Below are positions 26,501 to 37,500 of a DNA stretch of 64,000 nucleotides, one piece after another. The stretch spans positions 18,390,651 to 18,454,650 of the forward strand of contig CM120647.1 in assembly GCA_051362555.1 (NCBI GenBank). Direction: 5' to 3'. Position numbers and translations under genes: made by a program. The DNA comes from Lingula anatina (lineage: Eukaryota > Animalia > Brachiopoda). How positions within the stretch are numbered: the stretch's first letter is position 1; each line of letters begins with the position of its first letter. Below the pieces are notes generated by a model that did no database searches, was not told the origin of the DNA, and worked only from the letters and a program-made list of their open reading frames with translations.

Positions 26501-26847
26501 TATTTTAATACAACATGTCCAACATTATGTTTTACTGAACAAATAAAAAATTTTGAATAACAACTACAAAACGATTTTTATCGACGCAAAATTAAAAGAA
26601 ATCAAACCGACAAACATCACTTTCACTGTTTCAGATGGAAATATTCTACATGATACATCGTTGACTGACTTCCTCAACCCAGTTGGAAGGGGTCGCTCAG
26701 GGCAGTTTTGGATAAAATACAACTTGAGCTTTGTCAGAAACGAAATAATTGAGGATTTATAAGGACGCGGGCATGCAAAAGTTTGTCCGTGTGGTAGAAA
26801 TTGGGAAAAATTGGCATTTTGTTGACACCTACCTGTAAGAAGGCCAT
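14647..26847 (-). CDS. VPS11: Vacuolar protein sorting-associated protein 11 (HOPS/CORVET subunit), ~27 coding exons
   Basis: Exon 1 MAFLQ (26847-26833), then [10 protein letters not shown] (~25905), [20 protein letters not shown] (~24277), [13 protein letters not shown] (~23100), [18 protein letters not shown] (~20830), RING SKCSAC...[14 protein letters not shown] (~16400) and CFESY..CPVC (~16080), [15 protein letters not shown] (~15020). Inferred last exon 14724-14647 ends PLNPFGDF*. Internal exon edges approximate. Confidence 0.95.
20210..20424. mobile_element. Fold-back MITE in VPS11 intron
   Basis: Inverted arms CCAGAGCTTTAGATCGATCTA...CTGTCAG / CTGACAG...TAGATCGATCTAATCTCTGG. Confidence 0.55.
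20460..20521. repeat. (AAT)n microsatellite
   Basis: Direct reading. Confidence 0.95.
21520..21704. mobile_element. PIF/Harbinger-like MITE in VPS11 intron
   Basis: TIRs GAGCACATTCAGAACAGC / GCTGTTCTGAATGTGCTC with 3-bp TAT duplication on both sides. Confidence 0.8.
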
Positions 26848-27688
26848 GACGGCATATCTGGGTCAAGTCAGTCAGCGGGTAAAGTCAAAATTTAGTTTCG
26901 AATACTTTAACATGCTTATGTATTAATACGTGAACATGTAAACATCATTATAAAGCTAAAAGTAATTTAAAACCAATTTTTGTAATTATAAATTTTATAT
27001 ATTGATGTCATAATTTTGAAAAAATATTTCTAAAACGTCAAAATTCACCGACGATTGACTCTGCTTTAGGTTGCTGAGGACTCGCTTGGGCTTGGCGTGG
27101 GTGAAAACTTTAACCAAAATGTCCCGAATGTCATCAACTTTCGGAAGACAAAGCGGTCTGAAATCTTCACAGAAGTCTTTAGGAGGTTTGTAGCCATTTT
27201 GCAATTTTAGGTCATATTTATTTTGTGCAGCGACTCGTTGCAAGAAATATCGTGCCAAACGGCTAACTCGGTCAGTGTAACATTGACATAACTTTCTATT
27301 ATTATACGCATCGGGATCAATAGAGTATACATTCTTTGCACATTGATCTTAAGATAAAACTGGAAAACGAAGAATCGAAGCTGAATTTTTTTACAGCTAA
27401 GAAAAGTGTTGTGCATGCGTAGTATTACTCCTACGGCGAGACCAACAACAGGCAAGAAAGTGACAGCGACGGCATACTGAACGAGGCCATTATAAGACAT
27501 AACTGGATAACAAAGATCCTCTGAAACTGGGAAATAAGTTTAAGACTGTCATTGCAATACAGTAAAATTTGGATCATAAAAAAATTGAGAAAAAAACGTA
27601 GAAGCATTTTATGCTTTGCTTAGCACCATATTAATTATTATCAAGAAAAAGAAATCGTAAACCTAAAATTAATAAGCCTGCGATAACC
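26848..27688. promoter_or_regulatory. Probable bidirectional promoter and 5' UTRs between VPS11 and the coiled-coil gene
   Basis: Divergent ATGs at 26847(-) and 27689(+), with a CpG-enriched interval. Confidence 0.5.
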
Positions 27689-28369
27689 ATGCCTCTTACT
27701 CGAGAGATCTCGCAGCCCATTGGACAGCAGCCACCAGATGTTTTCAACTGGACGGACACTTTGCGTAAGACGCCACCTCCGTCCCCGCCTCGTGCCAGAA
27801 AACGCAGCAAGTCGCCAATAACATTTAATAGCTCCAGCACACGCAGCTTAGGTGCGTAAACTTCAAATGGGAGATAAAATTTATTCCTGCTTGTTAGCTT
27901 TGGGGTTTAATGAATTTGTTTGTAAATTTAATACTCTATGCCGAGATAGCACCCTGAGTATTGGAGGTCTCTGGAACCTCACCTCTGCATCATCAGCACA
28001 AAATCCATGCGTTAACATTTCTACTGATGATTTTTGGTATGAACAATGTGCAGAAAACAGCAATAGGAGTGGTAACACATGAATTTTGTACTACAGTATG
28101 CCTCTGCTGTTCAGTAACCTGGAAACACAGAGGACACTGAAAGCTTAACAGTTGCTGTTACTGTACTTGTACGTACTGAAATGGCAGAGGTGCGCAAAGA
28201 ATGTGAGTTGCTAGTTATCTCTGAGACTCAGGGTGCAAGGCATTAAGTTAAAGCGCTTCATGTTATACAGCACGCCAAGCAAACTGAAGGCACCTGTTGT
28301 TTGTACTAATATTGTCTGAGTTGAGCCAAACCTTTTTAACCAGCTACTATGCTGCATCACAGATTTTTT

Positions 28370-28418
<49 letters not shown>

Positions 28419-31400
28419 AAAGGTCTTAGTGAATTTCTCAAGACTTAGCAAGATTTATTATTAGTTCCACAGTTTTGTATTCAAAATTTATTTGGAACAT
28501 GGCAAGAGAAAAAGGATCATGTAAATTGATTTTTATGATTTAAAAATTCATTTCTGAGAATGATGACCTGTATATGATTACTGACAATATGGAGAAATAT
28601 GGCATTACTGACTATTACTTACATGTGTTTGTATTTTTATGGTGATTGAACATTATGTGATTGAACATTGTGTGATTGGATAATAATGAAAATAAATTTA
28701 GCAATTTATAATTGAATGCATTGAAGATTTGTTTGAAATTCATGATTTACATATAATTGTTTTCCCTACTTTGTGGACTAATGTTTTGATATTTAATCAT
28801 TTTTGCAGAGGAAAATTGTCATAACCTGTTGATATGCCAATGAATTAAAAATACTGATTTGTTGTATAATATATATCTAATAATGTGATTACTATTTATG
28901 TTAGACTTATCTAGTAGTCATTTAAATCAGTGTTTTTTATTTATTTATATGTTCCAAATATGATTATTTTTTGCATTTTGAAATTTAGTTTGTTGTAAAT
29001 GAAATAAATAAAATTAATTATATGTAATTGCCACGTGACATGCCTTAATGATGGAATTAGTTAATTTGCTAAATGATGGTTAAGTGAAATGTATCACAGT
29101 GACTATATATAATTAATAGCAAATTTTGATTATTATCTCCTGTGCAGCCTCCCTTTTTTATTAATTCATTGTTTATAAATAAAATTTTGATTTTCATCCA
29201 AATTTCATTGATATTTTTTGTTAAAAATGCACCGATTTTCTTATATCTTCCTGTCTTATTATAATTTTTTTCAATTTAATTTCAAATTCATTTTGATTTT
29301 GAAAAATTATTTGATTTCTTGCTTGATTGAGAGTTGAGGTTTTCTTGCTATAATTTAAATTCTGATTTTTATGGTGTTCTATTTTTCCTGTGATTTAAAG
29401 ATTGGAAATTTGATTTTAATTGAATTTAATTTGGTACCTTACAACATTCAGTTTATATTTTACAATGTTAATATTATTAATTACAGGCATGGTTCCATTT
29501 TTGGTTCTCTTTTATTTTGAGTTTGTGTGAGCAAATTCTGTTTTATTAAAGGCAATTATCTTACTGACGCAGCTCGTACCCGCTCTCCATCACCTCTAAG
29601 AAGAAGTGGAAGCAATAGCAGCTTAAGAAGAAGCACAGGAAACTTAGCAGCAAGCCTCAACATGAGTGGAAGGTAATGGAAGGAAGCATTTAATGGGAAA
29701 ATTTGATGTTAAAAGTTATTCTGAAAACCGTTTTGAAACATAAATTTGAATCAAAAATAGGAAAATATGACTTCACATTTAGGAAATAAAGCTCAATTAT
29801 AAAGAGCTGGGAATTTTATTTTAAAATTTCTTATTTTTAATTATATTTTGGTTCCTGTGCATAAATTATAACTGTAATTCATCGGTATGTGGGTGTAAAA
29901 AATATTTGATTTTGGATAGCTCCTACAAAAACTAAGCTCTTTACAGTGACAGCAAATGTATATAGACTCTATGTAATTAGTTATTGACATGAATATTAGT
30001 TCATTAATTTACTAATAAAACTGATTTGTCTCTTTTTTTTTTTCCAGAAAATCTGCAGACCTTCAAAACATAGAGTCTGAGTACATCAAGAATCTCCAGC
30101 AGCAGGTCTACTTCCTGGAACTTGAGGCCAATTATCTATATCCTTTATAATACCTCAAATTTTGTTTTAACTTTCAATGATTTAAATCATAAGGTATGAC
30201 AATTACAATGTATTCACAAAAGGACAATATCTATATTCTTGATTATTTGATCTCTAGGTTTTTTTTTTCTTTTTTTTTTTGGGGGGGGGAGGGGGGACAT
30301 GAAGTATCTAAACCATTAGAACACTGGTGCCTCGCAAAAATTGTTTAAAAAATAAATTGATTTTACCCATTTTGTTGGGTGAAGGGAGTACAATACCATA
30401 ATTATGGTTTCATAAAGAGCAAGATATATTTTATTCCTTAATTCTCATGTACCCGTGAACAGGCAAGAAAAGCGACAGACATGCATCCACAAATGACAGC
30501 AGAAGCAGAGAGGATGCTGGGTAAACTCAGGGTGAGATAATTAAAACTTTGATTTTTGCCCACTTTTTTTTCTCTTTTATGATCTATTCATTCCCATTAT
30601 AACTTAGTCATGTTCTTTTTTAAATATCTCTTTTTTTTCTCATGTACTGTAATTGTATTTTAAAATTTCTGTGCTCCCTAACAAAATCTCAGACCTGCTT
30701 ATGATAAAATTGTTTTTGTAGATTCAAAATAAAAAAAAAGTTTGAACTTAAATTTAATGTACACAATGGTGTAGAATAGTAATAAGATTGTTAATTTACT
30801 TCACAGCATCTGCAAGAGGAAGTAGACGGATTGAACATAGAAAACCGTAGAAAGGAGGGAGACATTGGAATGCTAAGTGTTGAGAAAACGAGAGCCTTGG
30901 AGACGCTCTCGGCTGAAGAAGGTGGGTAACACAGGCGCTATCTATATTTGTGTCTAGACAGTCTGGTGGTGCATTGGTAACAAAAAGGAGGAAAGGAAAC
31001 TTTTGTAGTTCAAAGGTGGAAATGTTTGTGGGACCCAAACCATGTTTGGGACCCAACAAAGCCTTTGGAAACTGTTTCTGTACTCCGTTCACTGTTTTTC
31101 AACTATGAACCTTTAATGAAAAAATACAAAAACAAACAAAAAATATAAACTAAGAATTAAGTCATCTTCCAAATAAAAAAATTAAGACATATCTAAACTG
31201 AGTTGAATATTTTCAGATTGATTTAAATATATTTTTTTTTACAATTTTCATTTGACATACAAAATCATTTCTTCACAGCAAAATTTAACCGTGAGAAAAG
31301 ACTGCTTATGGATGAAATTGTGCAATTGAAGAAAGACAATGAAATGATGAGCTTGGAGAACATACGAAAAGACACTGAGCTTTCTAATGCACGCTCAGAT

Positions 31401-31470
31401 GTAGAATCTACGAGGCATGCATTACGGAATGCAGAGGGGAAGATCGATCTTTTGAGAAATCAGGTCAGTA

Positions 31471-31513
<43 letters not shown>

Positions 31514-34500
31514 GCAGAACATTTCAGCTTGGATCAGGGCAACTAAATGCATATTCAAGTCCACATTGTGATGTTGATTTGATGGCATTGTATGGATGAC
31601 TGACTTGAAAAAAAGTGGTTGATATGGACCTCAAAAAGTTATTCTCACCTCCAAGAGTTAAAATCATAATATGCACTAGGTACCTACTTATGTAGTCAAA
31701 AATCTGAGTTAGCTGTCTTTTGTTAAGACCAATTTTTGACTTACACTGTTAGTCAGTTTGTGACACTGTACCCAGATGTTAATAATTGCTTAATACTCAG
31801 CTTTCTTTATCATATTCAGCTTGACCAAAGAATAGAACAACACAAGATTACGCAGCTGGCGCTGGAAGAGAAGAGAGCGGAAGTTCTCCGCACAGAAACC
31901 AATCTTAGAGAGCTGGAGGATAAGTATTACAGCAGCACTGTACAGCTGAAGGATAAAGCTATGCAAGACTTGAGGGTGAGTGTATTTAATTGTTTGTTTG
32001 TTCTTTCATTCTTTTATTAATTCATTTTTGCATTAATGTTTTGGTTTTGTTTTTGTTTTTTTTTTTGTTGATTGATTGGTTAATTGGTTGTCTGATTAAC
32101 TAGTTGATTAATTGAATTAATAAACTATTGTCTTTTTATTTATGTTTGTGTGCTTGGAAAGATTGTTATTGTTTTAAATGAGCAATGAGCAGACAGGGTG
32201 TTAAGTCTCAATCTTCGTCGGTTAGACTTTACGAGAGAATAATGTCACGTTAGATAACGCGCCGGTTCTTGGGCCTTAGTGTTGTGCGCCCAGCTGATCC
32301 AGTAAAACGAACAAGATTCTCATTTGATGCAAGTGGAAATTTAATACTGTCTTTTGGAAAATATACAGAGGTTTCTTCTACATAGTAACTGTCAGTCCAA
32401 AATGTATAATGATATCGCCAGAGCCAAAATACGATATGATTTCACCTTAAAACAGGGCAGCCTTTATAGATCATTCAGGAATTTTAATAACCAGGAAGAA
32501 ATAACACTTGACTGAGCGCAGTCCTTTTGTCTCAGGCTTTGCCCCAACTCAGTCACCGTGTTTCCTGGATCACCATTATCCGCCCTAGCCTTCAAAGGCA
32601 TTTCTAAATTTTATCCCGTGCCATGTGCCCCGGTCACGATCATTCCCGAATGTCTATTGACTGCCCCCTGCTAAGCTTATCTTAGGATATGAATATTATT
32701 TTAATTAATTATTTATATCAATCATAAAATACCCAAAGTGGTATTTTACACCACTATATTACCCACCGGTTGAAATGCTTGCATTTCAACTATGAGGAAT
32801 TAAAATAATATGCTAATGTCCATTTTTTTAAAATCTATCCTATTAAGTACCCATCTTACCAAATGTTAACATGAAATACAATTAGATTTTCTTACCATAA
32901 CACCCAATATTATCATAATATTATTATATTAAGGTTATATGAACATAAAACATCAGCAAATGACATCATAGAGTGTACGTGATAGCTTCTTATTTATCGC
33001 ATGATGTACATAATAATACGTTTAGATAAGTATACACCTTAACCTTAAGTAGTAAACATAGAACCATATATAAAATGTATTAAAGTAACAAACAGTTGTA
33101 TACCCTTGAATTGTAGTAATACTAATTCAATACTAAGATATATGCACCAATAGTGCATCTCCGTTTCGTGATCATATCATCAATGAAACTTTCACTGTTA
33201 ATTGACAAATTACTGCACGGTATTACCTTATACCAATCAAAATCTCAAAAGGTAAACCCCCTGCCTAAACCAGACCCTTACGTCGCGTGTTGTTCCATCA
33301 GCATATGCAACGGAGGTGCAGGAAGCGACTCGTTCAACGCTAGTTGTTCTTGGGCCTTCAGCGCCTGCGCTTCAGGTCCTTGAACCGTCAGCGTATCCGA
33401 GGTTGCTTTTAGCTCCACCGGGATATAAGTGATGGTCTCACAGTCGTTAGTACTATTGGCTGTTACCGTACGCTGATGAGCAGGGCTGTCCGGTGCTGAA
33501 ATATGACTTAACTCAAGATCAGTTGACATGGGTTCATATAAAGCGTTATCACATTCCTCATTAGGTCCACTAGACCTTTCTAATTTCCTTTTATTGACGT
33601 GATGGCGTTTTTTAATTATTTCCCGCCAATTACATCGCCGATACCCACATATTACCATCAGAATCACCCCAATCACAAGGAGGGAACCAGTGGTTGTTCC
33701 AATTACTAATTGTCGTCTAAATTTGTTAGCAAAAAATATAGAAAAGAGATTCGGTTCATCGCTGATCGGAGATAGCAATATACGTTTAACTGGTTGTAAA
33801 GGTGTTAATTCGTCAGGTTTCATGACGTGCAAAGCTACGCTAGCCGGAATAATATTTTGTACCTGCAAAGGTTTTATATCATTTACCATGAGTGCCTTAA
33901 CGCTTACTTTGCCCATCCGTTGTTTTAAACCCGGTAATGTGAAGTTGGTGGCCGTTATGGAACAGCCGTCACTTACATGTATCAGGTAAACCCCTGGCCA
34001 TAGGGTATGTGACACAGCAGGTGACCGTGGACACCGTGTATATATTGTTTCCCATGAAGTGGTAAGCGCGTAATCCCCTAATGCTAACTCTACTGCCTGC
34101 GACTGTACATACCTCGTTAATTCTATTTCACATGCTCGCCTATGTTTCACCTGCCCGGTGATCAAGGCCCTGGAGCATAATTCTATCCCAGGTCGAAACA
34201 TCGGTCCTGACCTGCATACAATGGGTCGCCACCCTTGGCAGTTCGAAGGGTGAAAGATGTCCCCCGTGATAGGATCAATCCCAACGTCGGTGAACGGAAT
34301 TATTACCTTTGCTGCTATCCCAGACGTGTTGTAGGGTGCGGGGAAGCTAAGAATCCGATATTTCTGGTATACCCGCTGTGCAATGAGGGGTAACTTTACC
34401 CTGTAGATCAAAGTCTCACCTCCCCATGCTGGATTGACCACGACATGCTCGTAATACCAGTTGATCGGTTGAATTGGCAAAGATGTAACATTCACTGTCG

Positions 34501-37500
34501 CTGTTGTCAAGATATCCTGAAGTTGGTCGGGCGGAAGCAGTTCTTCTGTTAAACGACCCAATTCCAGGCTTGCTTTCTGTCTTAAGTATTTCTCCATAGC
34601 TGTTTGAAATGCCGATACCATACGTTCATATTCCGATACTGCTAATTCGATTTGAGAAGCGCAATATAAGTTGTTCAATTTACCTTGTGTTATATTTAAT
34701 TGTGAAACTACTGCTGGAAAATTGTGAGTTACAAAATTTCGAATGTATCGTTGAATATTGTTTATACTTTGTCTCCCTTCATCTATTAAATCATAAGTGT
34801 GGTTTAATACTGATACGAGATCATTAACTTTATGAACAAGTAGTTTATTTTGATGTCTGGTCTCCTGAACAATCTTAGTAACTTCTGCTAAATTTTCGTC
34901 TGTGGATAGGCCAAAAAGACTGTGAAAGGCGTCACCAACAAAATTCAGCAATCCTCTTTTGGGACGTAAAGCTAAACGATGGGATGAATCATAGTGATAT
35001 TTCGTGATACTTAGCGTTGTCAGCGTCCGAAATTTCTCTTTGCAGAAGTCGAGTCTTCCCATCCACAGGTCAGCGTTTCTCCTAGTGATAGTACGGGAAT
35101 CGATGAGGTTTTGAATTTGTAGTTTGAGTTTAGCTAACTGGACCCAATGGTCGTCTGTGAAGACAGGGCGATCCACGGTTACGAGTAAGTTCCACTCTGT
35201 CGTTTGGATAGCCATGTCTACCCGTCCGGTGACTAAAACGCCGTCTGGTATCGGTATCACTTCAGATGTGGCGTCCGTGTGTATTCTAGCAGATAACAGC
35301 AGAGCCATCCATGTTAGGATGTGCTTGAAGCCCCTTCCTTTCTCCGTTGTTTGGACGAAGGTTGTGCCTCGGGACTTGGACATAACGCCGCTCTTTTCTT
35401 ATAACGGGTATTGTAGCTATGATCTGCCGGTCTGCGTAGTTGTGGTTCTCTATCTGTCCAGCTATCCCACTCTAATGACGTCTCGGATTCGGCAGAGTCA
35501 GAGTCGGTATCGTCTTGCTGATGTGAAGTCCCCTCCTCTAACTGATCTCTCAAAGGTGGCACTGGAGGTATTATAGCAGTCTCGGAGGTGGCCTTTTTCC
35601 TTGAGTTACGCAATGGTCGTGGTCTGACCTCATCCCAAGCTATATCAGGATCAACTACGCGTAATTTATTTCGATTCACGGTTATTATCTTTCCAGATAG
35701 TTGATTCCTAATTTTGAACACCTTTCCCCACTTATCAATAACCTCCCATTCCGGATCCCACTTTGAAGTTAGGGTTAATCGTTCCTGGGCTTTAACCACT
35801 ACCGTGTCACCAATTTGGATAAGATCGGCATTGGCTTTTGCATTAATTCTGGAACGGTTATATTGCCTGGAATTTTTAAGATTCACTTGGGCGCAACGAA
35901 GCGCTTTAGACATTTCCCTTAACCGACCATGCAATGCGTTTGTCTGACTGGTGGCTTTTAATGCTTTAGTCAGTGGCAGTCTCCCCCTTCTACCGTACAT
36001 CAAAAAGAACGGTGTAAACCCTGTGGATGAACTGGGGCTATTGCGATAAGCACATACCGCATTTCCTAATTGGTTTTCCCATTGAAGTGCATCATTGTCG
36101 ACCAATTTCGCCAACAATTCTTTAATGGTTCTATTTACTCGTTCAGTTTTACCATTTGATTCAGGATTATGACCTGTAGTTGACCTATGATTAATTCCCA
36201 AATCTGTCAGAAATTGTCTAAAACTTAGACTTTGGAATTCCCCACCCTTATCCGTGATAATAATTTCCGGAATACCATGTCGCGGGAAGAAATCTTTTGC
36301 CAAAACTGACTCCACTTCTAAGGAAGTTTTATTAGGTATAGGATATGACTCGACCCACCCAGATAAATGATCGATGGCATTTAAAATGTATCTATTGCCC
36401 TTATCACTTTCCCGAAACGGACCGATTAAATCTAACCCAACAATCTGCATGACATACGATGGAATAGGCATTTCTCCAAATGGCGCGTGTTGTGCCCGCG
36501 ATTTATGTACCTGACATACCGGACATCGTTGCAGCTGCGATGTAATATCCCGTCGGATTCCGGGCCACACGTACGCTTCCTGTACTCGGTGTTGTGTTTT
36601 CGCAGCCCCCATGTGGCCAATTTCTTCGTGACATCGCTGGATCACCGCCTCTCTGTATTGGAAGGGAAGTACTAAACGTGGATAGACAGCAGCTGTACGC
36701 AATGGTTTCTTTACTGAATAAAGTAACCCATCTAATACTGCAAGGTCCGAATCTTCTGTTCCCGCATTCTTAAACCACGCTTGGAATTCTTCTTCCTGTT
36801 CTCCGCGTAACTTCTCTGGTAGTAAATCGTCTGCTTCTAGGGGTATTCGTTGAGCAGCGTCTTCATCCGGAATCGCGTCCGGGTCCACCCATTCATCTGT
36901 GTCGAAAGTGGCGACCTCTGGTGGTAGCAATCTACTCAAAACATCCGCTCGTACGTTTTTCTTACCTTGTATATATTCTATCTTCGCCCCAAACTCGGAC
37001 AGCAGCATAGCCCAGCGTTGTACCTTGGTGTTGCGCATTTCAGCCGTGAATAAAGATCGTAAAGGTTTATGATCCGTGAAGATGGTAAAATCGGACCCGA
37101 TGAGATACGGACGTAGCTTACTGACGCAGAAAATTAAACTGTAGGCTTCGCGTTCAAGTGTGGACCAGCGAAGAGCCGGTCCTGACAAGGATTTAGAGAC
37201 ATACTGTATGACACGTTCCATTCCACTGTCATCTACCTGAACTAAAATGCCCCCTACCGCGTAATTGGATGCATCCGTGTACAAGCGATACGGCCTGTCT
37301 GTCCGGGGATACGCCATAATCTCATTCGAACACAACTGATCTTTTAAGGTTTGAAATGCCTGTTGTTGTTCGTCCCCCCATACATATTTCTCGCCCTTCT
37401 TGGTAAGTTTGTATAGGGATGATGCTGTGTGAGCAAAATTGGGAATGGTTCGCGAGTAATACTGACACATGCCGAGAAAAGACCGAATACCCTTGACCGA

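Noticed and set aside
33470-33510. CTGATGAG...GAAA hammerhead-like string on + strand
   Set aside because: There is an extra base before GAAA and no helix I/III or cleavage triplet. It lies antisense within the env coding sequence, so chance is likely.
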